A DNA stretch of 63,944 nucleotides, filler included, from Aduncisulcus paluster (GCA_024181965.1; 5 parts of 5 records of this genome joined end to end with filler, not necessarily neighbours in it); one strand, 5' to 3'; shown: positions 23,153-35,130, numbered from the whole stretch's first letter. Notes: a model not told the origin generated them from the letters alone. Program-made: numbers and translations.

Positions 23153-26100
23153 TTATTCGCTTCTCTGTTTCATGTATCTTTTGAACGCTTCAGAATTCTC
23201 TATTTCCGATTTCATCATCCATGTGGTTTTGTTCTTTGGTAAACCATACCATTGAGTAAGGAATCTCAATCCCCTACCCCTTCCTTTTTGAGAGAGAATT
23301 CTTTCTGGAAGCCTTAAGCCAAGGTCGAAAGCGACAGCAGCAGTTGCATCCGCCAAAGTCACTCCAGGAATAGCCTTTACATCCGAAGAATGTAAGAACC
23401 TGATCTCTCCCAATGGAGAACGAACTTTGTAGTGTCTATCACTTGTTTTGAGGATGATTTCATACGGACCATCCCAAGATAATTCAAGTTTCTTCGGGGG
23501 TGGAAACTTTTTGAAGATTACCCACGTGCCTTTCTTTAATTCTTCTGGAGGATCATCATAAGACGATTTTTGAATGATCCTAGCACGTTTGTGAAGGGAG
23601 GAAATATTGTCAGTGAGATCTTTTACATACTCATCGACTGATAAGTGAGATTTTGGGAGCTCATCAAAGGACTTTTTACGTGAGGTTTCCCAATCAGAAA
23701 TGAATGAAGTTACTTCACGTGAACCATATAACATTTCATCGGGTGAGCAACCAAGAGCCGAGTGTTGAGAGTGTTCTGGACCAATGGCAATGCTTTGTAC
23801 CACTCTGGTTTCTCTATCACATCAACCAATAACCCCATTAGGTGACGTTTAATTTCACGGTTAACACGTTCTACTCGACCATTTGCTTCTGGGTGGTCAG
23901 GGGTTGTGCAATGTTGAACGATACCAAACGTATCATATAAGTGGTCAGAGAGGTAGTTTGAATACTGTCTGCCACTGTCTGAAATAATCTCTTTTGGCAC
24001 ACCATATCTGGCAATGATGTTATAGAAGAGAAAGTCTACAACTTCACGTGATTCAGCAGTTTTTGTTGGTAAAAGTTCACACCAACGAGTAAAGGCATCA
24101 ACAATGACGATGATATACTTGTGTCCCAGTTCAGAATCAGGAAACGGTCCCATCGTATCGATGCATAAAGTATGGAAAGGATATTCCCGTTCAGTGGAGA
24201 ATGCTGGTTTACGTTTGGGTAAAGAATCTCGAATTTTATGGCAGGTAATGCACGAAGACACCCATTCCTTGCAGTCATTGGCGATTGTTGACCATGATAA
24301 ACCATGGTTCTGTATTTTGAACTGAGTTTGGGCAGCTCCGTGGTGACCAGTGATAGCTCCATGAAACATATCGAAGACTTTCCTTTTAAGAATATCTTCA
24401 GTTCGAGGGATAATAATTCTGTGGGAATTATCCCGAAAATAACCTTCGTCGAAAGAATAAGCTTCTTTTTCGTCATCTGAAAGGTTCAACTGAGCTTTTT
24501 TGATTTCTTCGAGAGCCCCTTCGTCAATTACAAGACGCTTAAGTGTAATTTTGTGACCAATTCTAGACATGGCATCTGCAACAATATTATCCTTCCCGGG
24601 GATGTGTACAACGTCGAATGAAAAATCATTTAAGAAACTGTTCCAACGACACACTTTTGGTGACTTTGAGTTTTGCATGAAGCGCAGGTTTGCATGATCG
24701 GTCTGGAGAGTAAAGTGAGCACCTCTAAGGTAGTGTTGAGCTCGTTCGACACAGAATTTGACAGCATACGCTTCCTGCTCATTTGTAGGCCATCGTCTTT
24801 CTACAGATGATAAAGTCTTGGAGATGAACATGATTGTTTCAGCTTCATTCGTCTTTGGGTCAATTTGGAACAAAACGCCACCGACTCCCGTGTCAGATGC
24901 ATCAGTCTGAAGGAATAACTTTTTTGAATAGTCGATGTGGAATAACAAGGTTCTGGAGATGATATCTTCCTTGATTTGTTGAAACGTAGCCTCGAGGGTA
25001 TCATTCCAGTGGAATTTCACCCCTTTTCTTGTCATTGATGTTATTTCAGAAATTCTAGAAGCATAGTTCTTGATGAATAATCGATAGTAATTGAATAATC
25101 CCAGCACTTGTTGTACTTGTTTCTTGTTCGTGGGAGATTTTAGCCCTCTGAGGTCGGATATTCTGGATTCGGCAACACGGATGCCTTGTGACGACACTTC
25201 TCTTCCAAGAAATTCAATTTTTTCCACGCCAAAGAGACACTTACTCGGCTTTGCCCGAATATTAAAACTTTCCAATCTATCCAATACAAGATTCAGGTTG
25301 GTTAGGAATGCTTCCTTGGTTTCACCTTTGATTAAGATATCATCTACGAAGATTAAGCATGCAAATGGGATTAAGTCACTGAAGGCATTATAAATTGCTC
25401 TTTGAAAATGAGCACTAGAATTTCTTGTTCCAAACGGCATCTTCTTGTACTGGAAAATTCCTTTCTTGCAAGTAAAAGCCAAGAGAGGTCTCGAGCTTGG
25501 TTCCACCACTATTTGATGAAAGCCTGATTTCATATCAATAGAGCCGAAATAGTGACAATTGCTCACATGAGACATTAATTCCTCAACGTTTGGTAGAGGA
25601 TAGGGAAGAGGGATTGTGTTTCGATTGAGAGGTATAAAATTTATGCACATACGGGTAGTACCATCCCTTTTCGGAACAAATACTGGAGCGCACACTCTGT
25701 GACTCGAGCTTGGCTCTATTATGTCATCTCTGGTGTCCTCGAACAAGCGTTTTTCCAGTTCTGCTTGATGAGCAGGGCATAGTCTTCTCGGTTTAGTTGA
25801 CCACGTGCTGTCAGGGTCTTCAAGTTCAACTTTAAAAGATTCCAATTTTGATCCTTCAGGTGGAAGAGTTGGGTCAAATACAATAGCATGCTCTTCAACG
25901 ATTTTGATAATGTCGTCTTGGATGTCAGAGTCGGGAATCATCTTGTGTATGTCTATGACATCTGTTTTTCTTGCCAGTTCTTCAGGGTATTCTTCTGAAG
26001 AGGATATTTCATCGTCATCAATACATATTGTGAACAGACCAAAGTTCATTGACCATGCGTTTCCAATGATTAATTCATCATCACCCGTAACTGTGGAAAT

Positions 26101-27732
26101 GAGGAGGTTGATTTCAGCAGAAGTCTTCCTTCCGTTTAAAGATATGGTTGCCCATAGCGTGACTTGTTGAGAAACAGTTATCACACTCTTTTCACCATGT
26201 TGCACTTGGATAGAGCAAGGAATCACCTTTTTTGCTGCGTTTGGGATCTTGGCTAAAGCCTTTGGATGAAGAAAGTTTCCTGAAGCGCCACTGTCTACGA
26301 GTGCTTTGAATTCCACCATCTTGTCTCGATTGATGCCCAATTGGACAGAGTATCTTTGTATTGTGGAGGTGGAGGTTAGCTTCTTCAGTTTTTGTTTCCT
26401 CTTTTTGATGAAGCACTGATCTTCTGTATGTCCAACCTTGTGACAATAGTTACAAATTTTGGTTTTTGAACCAGTTGAATTATTGTGATTCCCCTGGTGA
26501 CTTGTGTGTTGCTTCCTCGAGTGGGATTCAGAATGTTCGTTAGCTTCTTTGCTTCTCTTGTACGTCCATTTCCAACCCGTATCAATTAGACTTTTGGTTA
26601 CTGAGCGGGCTTTTGCCATCATCATGGATAGAGTTACGTGTTCACAATCGAGTAGAGGGAGGAGTGGTGCACGGATCTTGTAGGGTGCAATTCCCTCAAC
26701 GTATCCTCTTAGTATTACCTTAGTGAATCGACGGGCTACTTCTGGGGCAGCATCCACCAGCTGGATGAAGAGAAGGTTGTAGTTGTGAATGGAAGACATG
26801 TTGTTGTTGTACCTGAGTTTGAAGGTTGATAGCCTTGCAACGAATTCCTCGAGAGTGGAAGGAGCCACCTCTCTTTTGATTAGTGTAAGAACATCATCAT
26901 CTGAGTCTGGGTAGTATGAGATTATTAGTCTGGCGACTTTATCAGATATACATGCATATATAGGACGTATCCCACCTCTGCTCTCGTAAGCTTTGTACTG
27001 AGTAATAAACGTCTCGTATGCTTTCGCGCTAAGGACTTCAAGGATTGGAGGTTTGCCTATGTCTTGGCCGACTCTTGGAATAATGTCATCTCGTATCCTG
27101 GCTTCATATTGTCCAGGAGTTGTCCTTTTTCTGACAATCTCATCCTTTTCACCTTCAAACGTATGTTCATCTTCGAACAGGTCATCGAAAGGATCAACTT
27201 TCATTGGTGGATCCTTCGTTTTGGGGACTTTCTTGACAGTTTTTGGGATTTTTCCTTTGGTTGTCCGAGCGGTAGGTGCTTCGCCATCGAGGTGGAATGC
27301 GCGGGTTCGAGTCCCGGCAGTACTATTTTCCTTGTAATCCTTTTGGGAAAGAGTAAGAAAGGGATTAACAATAAACGAAGAGTCACTACAATGGGTATCA
27401 ATGGGATTTGGGACAATTTTGTCAATAATCGAAGCCGAAGTCGAGACTTTCTTAAGAGGACATTCTTTAACTTTTTCTCTTCCTTCAAGCTTTCCTCTTC
27501 CTTCAAGCTTATCAGAGAGATTGTGAATAGCTTTAGCCATTATGTCCATGGCCTTTTGCTGCTCTTCCACGAGTTTGGTAAGAGTCATTATCGAATTCTG
27601 CTGAACAGTCAATTGATCGGAAAAACTGATAGATGAAGTCGATGAGTCTGTTCCCAATAAAGAAAAGTTATCAGGATGTGATGTAAAGTCGGTTTCCTTA
27701 CGAAGCCGGCGCTCCATTCTTTGCTTATTCAT
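23153..27732 (-). CDS. Gag-Pol polyprotein (Gag-CCHC, protease, RT, RNase H, integrase, GPY/F, chromodomain) with one frameshift at ~23760
   Basis: CNYCHKVGHTEDQC; LVDSGAS; IDMKSGFHQ, MPFG, IFVDD; TDASD; HHCC; IDTMGP/SDSG/NGRVER; WDGPY; FLTQWYG...TTW. Confidence 0.95.
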
Positions 27733-27816
27733 AGAACGGGAAATTTGATCAAATATAATTAAAATAAAACTTGATAAATATCACACTTATGTTTGGTTAA
27801 ACAATAATAATATTAT

Positions 27817-27912
27817 TATTGACTTGCGGTATGCAAGTGGCTAGCAAATTTATTAATAAAAGAATAATCGGCTGCATACCGGTAATGCCGGTTAGTGCCG
27901 GTGGCCATCACA
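27817..27912 (-). repeat. 5' LTR (96 bp)
   Basis: Identical to 22750-22845; followed by a 20-bp palindrome instead of a TGG primer-binding site. Confidence 0.95.
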
Positions 27913-28877
27913 CTCAAAAGGCTCTCAAAGGAAAAGCCTTGACTTATCTTTCTATTCCTCCATCTGGAGCCAAGTTGAAAGAGTTTTCTCAATTTATAAT
28001 GATGTGTTGGATAAGAAAAGGATGAGGATGAGCCAAAAAACAAAGGAAATGTGCCTTATTAGTGCTTCAAATGGTAAAAAATAAACTGAATTACCGAATA
28101 TAACTTATTATCATTGGAAAATTTTAGGTACGACAGATAGGTACGTGAAAATTTACTTAGGTACGTGGCAAAGTACGTGAAAACAAAATGTTGGTATGCC
28201 ATGATTTCAAAGTATGCTCAGGGATGAAATACTGGCCTTCTACCGAAAAAGAATTAAAGAAAAGTGCGAAGATAAGTATAATTATCTGAAAAGAACTAAA
28301 AGCGTACTCGATGATTTTATTATTAAATATAAGATCCCATGCTTAACCTTAGGACTCTATAGAAAAGAAATTGAGCATTACGATGGAAAAGAGTCATGGA
28401 AAACAACAGTTGTTTTGGAATCCTTGCCAACTAGCACCACATATGCACATTTGGATGTGACACGTCCAACTGAATTGACTGAAAACCCAGAACCATTGGA
28501 TGTTGATAATTCAAATAACTTTGCTTAACTTTTTATTTTCTAAATCTATATCCCTTACATTTTGATCAAAATACGCCTTATTATGGATCTGAAAGACTTT
28601 AAACACCCGTTTTGAGACCGTTATGGTCGTCGCTATTTCGCTAACTTTGTTGGCCAGTTTTGTGGTATCCTTGCAGGTTCTCATGGGATCTATTTATAGA
28701 ACCAACTATNNNNNNNNNNNNNNNNNNNNTGCTTAACTTTTTATTTTCTAAATCTATATCCCTTACATTTTGATCAAAATACGCCTTATTATGGATCTGA
28801 AAGACTTTAAACACCCGTTTTGAGACCGTTATGGTCGTCGCTATTTCGCTAACTTTGTTGGCCAGTTTTGTGGTATC

Positions 28878-28960
28878 CTAACAGGTTCTCATGGGATCTA
28901 TTTATAGAACCAACTATGATGTGTCCGTTTATTAATAAATTGTACGTAAGCTTTATCGCA
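28878..28960 (+). repeat. Short LTR remnant of the CTATTTATAGA family (partly duplicated at ~28672-28709 by the gap)
   Basis: GGTTCTCATGGGATCTATTTATAGA...TTTATTAATAAATTG core; boundaries uncertain. Confidence 0.5.
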
Positions 28961-29244
28961 TTCTACCATATAGTTCAGAAAAAGTGACCAAACATGTTGT
29001 TAATTTAATTCAAGATTCTTTTTTTTCCGGTTATTTCCAACAGCTTACGCCATTTGGCACAAAAAGACGTTTTCAAAATTTTGGACCCACACCGATCATA
29101 AAATCTTCAATGATTGAGGGTGAGTTAGGGCGCCTGTCTGAAACTGGCATGGCTAGTTATGCTATGAAAAAAGCCTACGGAATCAGTGACCGCTTTATGA
29201 GCACATTGTACAAAGCAATGAGGAAGGAAGAAATCCTCTCAGAT

Positions 29245-29853
29245 TCAAGCAAAAGAAGACATTATCCGCCAACCAGAACAACTTTTAGGATCCGGGAAGC
29301 ACTCTTGCCCCACCTTTTTATAGTTGACGCATGTTACCTCCTTTCTATCCTTACTTGTAGTATTGGTACTAGCGGTGCACTCAGAAGCGAAATGTCCTTT
29401 CTTACCACACTTCCAGCATACAAGGTACACGTCTCGTACGATGGTCTTTGCGGAGGTTCTTATCAGTTGGTCTTTGGGTTCCGAAACCCTTGTCAGAGCG
29501 TCCAGTGCTCGGGGTTCCTCCAAATATCTCTTCGCATCTTCTAGAGTCTCTAGTACGAGTTGGACCTGTTGGAATATTAACTTCGTGAGACCGGACATAT
29601 CCTTGTAGCCACCCTCAAGTGCAGCTTTCATGCGTAAACGGAAACGGGGGGGCTTAATTCCCTTGAGGAACGGTTCAGTCAGGGCTTTGTCTCCCAGAGT
29701 CTCATCCTCGGCCAGGCGCCTAAGTGTTGCCTTATACTTGGTAACGTAAGCAGCCACCTTATCTTCGGAAACCTCACGAAGCTTGATAGTATCCAATGAG
29801 TAAAATGTGTCGAGTGTAGTCTTGTTGCCATAGTGGTTGCTTAGGTGTTCCAA
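29245..29853 (-). pseudogene. Gypsy gag fragment with zinc knuckle
   Basis: Similar to gag 12490-13092 (LDTFYSL, FLKGIKP..FRLR); CWKCGKKGHFASEC plus a degenerate second knuckle. Confidence 0.8.
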
Positions 29854-29961
29854 GACTCTTCGTCTCTAACGAGCGATATCTCTCTGTCGCCTGGAGGGCA
29901 AAGTATTCCATCAGAAATATCATATACTGTACTATACTGAAAAAGAAGGTGAGGAAGAAGC

Positions 29962-30039
29962 TGTAAATGAACTCTCTCAAGAGGTTCTATTTTTAGATTC
30001 GATTCGTTCCGTTTATTTCAATAAATTAGATCACTAATA
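29962..30039 (+). repeat. Short LTR (CTATTT.TAGA family) preceded by a purine tract
   Basis: TGTAAATG...GTTCTATTTTTAGA...TTTATTTCAATAAATT. Confidence 0.55.
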
Positions 30040-30375
30040 GATCCAAGGATAATCTTTTTCTGCTCCCGAATAACAACGTATGTGGAGCAAAACCCGTAGC
30101 CGAGTGTACTCTCGCGTTTAAAGCTGACACTGCTAGCGCAGCGAACATCTCGTAATCTTGGGTGTCTTCTTGCATACTCTCTATTCGAATCAGTTTCCTT
30201 ATTTCGCTATTAACTCTTTCAACGATCCCATTTTCCTCATGATTATATGGTTTTGTAATAATTCGGGATATGCCCAGCATTTTACATAATTCAGCGGACA
30301 ATTCGTTCTTGAACTGCCTACCCGTCGGACCGAATACAATGAGGCACTCCGTGAGTTGCCAAGATCCTGGTCAGC

Positions 30376-30638
30376 TGTTGTGATCAGGATTTATGTATGA
30401 TGTGAAAAATGTTATAATTGTTATTATAGTCTAGATGGTTGACTGTGCCAGCTCTTATGCTGAAGGCGTGTGTTCAAGTCCATCGTCGCTACTTTTATGT
30501 AATGTTAGCAGACAACTGTAGTCTTGTCTGATAGGATATGACAAGACATGTCATATATATTGTATTATTAGAGTAAATTGCCTCACCAGACTAATGGTAT
30601 TTCCCACTTAAAGGTTTATTATAGTGTGGATCACCACA
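30376..30638. repeat. Solo LTR, 263 bp, 5-bp TSD
   Basis: TGTTGTGATC...GATCACCACA termini; TSD TCAGC (30371-30375, 30639-30643); removal rejoins integrase ARVLL|TRILATHGVP. Confidence 0.85.
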
Positions 30639-31715
30639 TCAGCAGTACTCTGGCAGTTTCCTCCTTAGACATTGTTCTGAGTGCTATTATGAAAACGAAG
30701 CGACTAAAGTTGCATATGGCGACCATTAGGTACTTGTAGCCATTTTTATCCGGTTCTAGCGGTCCCACAGTGTCGATAGAGATCGTTTTGAACAGTTCTG
30801 ATTCTTTGATTGTTCCGAAAACCATGGAGTCTTTTACTTTTTTTCAGTTTCTGACAATACAGACATTTCTTTACCACTTCTTCGGCATCTTTTTTAATTC
30901 CCTTCCTCGACAGATTTCTGTTCTTTAATGCTGTTGTCACAAGTCCAGGGCCTGCGTGTCCCAATGTTTTGTGGGTTATTTTCAATCTTTCCAGCTTATC
31001 TCCGTCGTCTTTTGTCGATACACTCTGGTCTTCAGAGACTTCTTTCTGCTTTGGTATTTCCCTTTTATCTTTGGGTGGAGTCTCCTTGTCTTCTGCTGAA
31101 GGAACGCATTTCTTCTCCTGCTGGAGGTTTGTATCCCTCTACGAGATTTCTATGTGCGATATAAAATCGGCCAGCTCATTGTCTGTGCCTTTTATATGCT
31201 TGATGTTAAATGAATAATGACTAATTTGCATTCTCCATCTCACTAAATTTGGAACTTCAGATTTAAATAGAAATTGTATGTTCCTATGGTCAGTCTCGAC
31301 TGTAAAGAACGATCCAACAAGGATATGTCTATTCTTTTGTATTCCAAATACAATTCCAAAACACTCTTGCTCGATCATCGACCAATTTTGTTCCCTTTTG
31401 GGGAATTTTCGAGAGAACAATGAGATTAGCGACTCTTTTCCTCCCTCCTTCTGTAAAAGTACACCACTTATTCCCAATCTCGACGCATCAGTCCTAAGAA
31501 TGAACTGACCACCTATTTTGGGCGAATAAATCGTAAGGTGTAGCTCCAGTGCCGTGACTATTCGCTCAAAGGCTATTTCTTGCCCATTTTACAGGCTTCT
31601 TTTGTTTTATCAAGTCGGATATCGGAGTCGATATCACTGAAAAATGCGGAATGAATTCTCTAAGGAAATTCATTTCCCCCATAAAACTCTGAACTTTCCT
31701 TCAATGTCTGGGGCC

Positions 31716-32310
31716 TGTTAACCTTTTTGAGATTTTCCAATTTCTCAGGAGTGTAAACAAGTAAATTTGCTAGCCCCAATTATTTCTAATTGGTTAACAA
31801 TAATTATTGTTAAATTATAACTGAATTTTCGTTATTATTATTTTCTCTATTATTGCTTTTACTTGATTCATTCGAATCAATTTCAAAAGAATGATACCGA
31901 GAACCCCGCCGCCTGCGCCACCGAAATCACCTACTTTCAAGGATCTAGAAGATCTAAAATCAACAATTCAAGAGCAATCCGATAAGATTTCTGAGCTTTT
32001 TGGTGCCATTTCCATGCTCGCTTCCAACATCCAAGTTCTCATGAAAGCAACCCCAGCAGAGAGAATTCAAGAGCAAATGAAACCCGAGGACTTAGAGTCA
32101 GAGAAGGAGAATGACAGTTCTTCAGAAGAAGAGGACAAGCATACAAAAACATCTTCTGGTGACGATCAGAAGGAAAATCCAGCAATCCCTCTTGCCTCAT
32201 CTATGTTCAAACCTCCTACTCCTTTAACTCCAACTCAACCATCTCACTATCACGCCCTTGTCCCCCCTATACTCAAAGACCTAAATGTTATAGCGTATGA
32301 AACTATCAAA
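31716..32310 (+). mobile_element. Gypsy 5' fragment: 84-bp LTR (31716-31799), palindrome, gag N-terminus (ATG 31891)
   Basis: TGTTAA...TAAATTTGCTAGCC...TTAACA; coiled-coil and PPILKDLNVIAYET Gag motif. Confidence 0.8.
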
Positions 32311-32510
32311 TCAAGAAATATCTTATACATTGATCGTTGAAAGTGGTCAGGTGCTGTTTTTACTCCGAATGGCATTCTATTCCATTCAAATAGACCAAAG
32401 GGCTTGTTGAAAGCTAGCACTTTCCTCACACTTTCCTCAACAGCGACCTGATAGTATCCACTTTTCAGATCAAGTGTGGTAAACACTTTCATACCATATC
32501 TTAATCATCT

Positions 32511-32736
32511 TGTGATGACTTGTAGAGTCATACAAGAACGATTATTTCAATAGTATTTTTATTTTAATGTGCTATTTTTATTTTATTTTTATTAATTTTA
32601 TTATCCAATCAGTGGATTGGATGGAAAGATGAGCTGCAGGGATAGCATGCAGGGTAAATACGATAAAACTGTTTAAACAATTCCAAAGAGTAAATTTGTA
32701 TCACAGGAGAAGTCCCAGATACCCAGATCTGTCACA
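32511..32736 (+). repeat. Solo LTR, 226 bp, 4-bp TSD
   Basis: TGTGA...TCACA; TSD ATCT (32507-32510, 32737-32740); contains the TAAATTTG motif. Confidence 0.8.
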
Positions 32737-32939
32737 ATCTCAAACAACGCATCTTTAAACTCTTTCGTTCCCTCCATTTTGAGCTCCATTGTGACTGTAA
32801 GGTAAATTCCCCCACAACCGAGATGGTTGTAATAAAGGACATGGCAGCCTGGGCAGAAGTAGGGTCAAAGTTCCTTGCACCCGAGAAAGATAATTCTGGA
32901 ATTCAGCAACGAACTGGGACCAAGACTCGGTCGTGACCT

Positions 32940-33380
32940 GATCGAGAAAAGGCTGTATAATTTCCTCGGATAAAAGAGCTTCCTTTCAATGTCCAGTGCT
33001 TTGCTTTTACCGCACAGTTATTTCCCAAAGAAAAACTCACATTCCACCTTATACGTAAATTGAGTGAACTTAAGGTTGATAAATCTAATCTTAATTTTAT
33101 TATTACTGATCGAGAGCCACTCATGGAGAGAGTTGCATGTGATTTAGTTCGCTGAAATCAGAAGACCGAGATTTACCCCAATTCGACTCGAATTCCATCG
33201 GATGGAGTTCAATGAGACGTTCAAGAACATTCATCACAGCATTTATTTGGTTTGAAATTCTTTTAAAACTGGACTATTCAATTATTGCCCATCAGCCGGG
33301 AAAATGGTATTTGTCGATTGGGAAGCACGCAATGGTTGGTTAAATTGTTTAACTACTGAAAAGCATCTCTCCACAGACGC
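32940..33380 (+). pseudogene. Possible decayed hAT-like transposase remnant
   Basis: LNFIITDREPLMERVA resembles VTVITDGEAMMLKVA of the hAT above; many stops. Confidence 0.3.
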
Positions 33381-33649
33381 ACTAGAGATAGGTAAAGATA
33401 TTATTTGTGGTATTATTTTGCACACGATGCACGATCTGAGAATTGAACGCAAGAAATAGTATCGAAAAGATTTCGATTAAGGACTTTCGAGGAAGTGACA
33501 TCGATGCTGAAACCAGGGGCCTATATGACGAAATTAGACGCGACAAAAGCGTATTGGATGTTCTGGATAAGGGCAAAAGATCGAGATTTTCTAGAGATCT
33601 GATCCCTTGTATGCGTGCACTGCTGCTTTAACATCAGGATTCGCCTCCA

Positions 33650-34300
33650 AGAACACATTAAAAGCTTCTAATTCTTTTAAAGTATCGGGATATTCCCATG
33701 ATGAGTGGCCAACCAAACCACTTAACAAAAAAATTTGGGATCACCTTCGTCATCAATCAGTACTTCATTATTTCTTCCGATACCACAATGCCCTCCAATA
33801 AAACTTGTATGGGCGAGCTCGATACTTTCTTTCGAAAATCCACATCTTCAGGAATATATAAAAATCCAGATGGTAATACGGCGAGACAAATCATCGATCG
33901 AATGTTCTTCATCAGGAGCAAGTGGATGCTCCTTCTGAAGGAGAATTAAATCATGAAATAGTTGGTTCTCGGAATCACCATTATTTGCCCCACTAACGTG
34001 AACAATTGTGAATGAATAATCCATGGGAACATCCACCGAGTTATTTTCGCATTATCTCCGCGCTCCAAAAATGTCAAATTCCGATGATCGGTGAACAAAA
34101 TAAATTTTCTTCCACGGAGATAATAATCCAGTTTCTTGATACAGTATGATGGCCAACCCTTCTTTTTCGTACATTGACCATCTTCGTTGAGTAGAATTCA
34201 GTATACCAAGGCGATAGGTCTTGTCGTATCTGAAACTTGGACAGGGACACCTTTGTAGGAATGTCAAGAAATTCGATAGATTTCCACATTCCAAGAATCA
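33650..34300 (-). pseudogene. Decayed Gypsy pol (RNase H, integrase zinc finger, chromodomain pieces)
   Basis: QRRWSMYEKEG, YLRGRKF..FTDHRNL, YSFTIVHVSGANN, AHTSFIGGHCG, KFFVKWFGW. Confidence 0.7.
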
Positions 34301-34594
34301 AACATTATAATTTCATTTTATTAATTATTCTAAAACAATATTTTATTTCCTTTATTTAATTTGTTATTTTTATATTTTATTTCATCGTACAAGTCGTATT
34401 GGTGTTATTATATCTGCTATAATAGTGTTATTGTATCTGTTATAATATATTGTTTACCGTTTCATTATAGTACTTTCTGCTGGCATAAAGATACCTTGAT
34501 TGGCTGATCGTATCTCTTCGGAGGCTAAAACAGCTGGAAGAATGACAATCTAACATTTGTAATGCACCAGTCACGGAGATTGACGATATGATAT

Positions 34595-35130
34595 TGTTGA
34601 TGTATAACCGGTAGTTACCGGCATGTACCGGCTCTAATTCTCGATAATAAATTTGCTAGCCACCCTAAACAGGGTTAACAATAATATTATTGTTATTTCT
34701 TATTTGAATACTTTTCTAAAACTTTGCTTATACTGAATTATAATATTTTAAATGAGAAGCAAAGATTTGGAGAAACAATTTCAAAGAATACAACTGGAGG
34801 CCAGACTGGGATCTGGCAAGGAAGAAACTACTCCTGCGCATTCCATGAAAATAATTTCCGGTGCTGATCACACCGAGGCTGTCGAAATTCCTACTACTGA
34901 AATTTCCACGCTCAACAAGCTCATTACTCAACAACAAACGGCATTGGACATCATGTCAAAAGCAATTCTTAGGCTAACGAACAAAGTGGAGTTATTAGAA
35001 GCTCGAACTTACACTGAATCAAAAAATTCACTGGAGACGTCCAGTGATACTGCTTCACCTGGTAAATTCGTAAAATTTCCTATTTTTAAAACTGAGAAAG
35101 AAAAAATGTCCATTTCCACTCATCCCCATG
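34595..35130 (+). mobile_element. 5' end of a Gypsy element related to 22750-27912: 86-bp LTR (34595-34680), palindrome, gag (ATG 34752); cut by contig end
   Basis: Triple ACCGG, AATAAATTTGCTAGCCAC; LNKLITQQQTALDIMSKAI vs LTKLVEEQQKAMDIMAKAI. Confidence 0.85.

Larger units (their letters stand above)
22750..27912 (-). mobile_element. Full-length young Ty3/Gypsy (chromodomain) LTR retrotransposon, 5163 bp
   Basis: Two identical 96-bp LTRs, 4-bp TSD CTCA (22746-22749, 27913-27916), polypurine tract AAGGGGGCG before the 3' LTR, single gag-pol ORF. Confidence 0.97.
30040..32500 (-). mobile_element. Degenerate Gypsy pol (RT N-part 32492-32310; RT-C, RNase H and integrase 31715-30040) with nested insertions
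   Basis: LDLKSGYYQ, RMPFGVKTAP, WSMIEQEC, ETDHRN, CLYC, SIDTVGP, PYNHEENGIVERVN. Confidence 0.85.

Noticed and set aside
23710..23803. Programmed ribosomal frameshift before the chromodomain
   Set aside because: No slippery heptamer, and conserved integrase residues are missing, which points to a small deletion.
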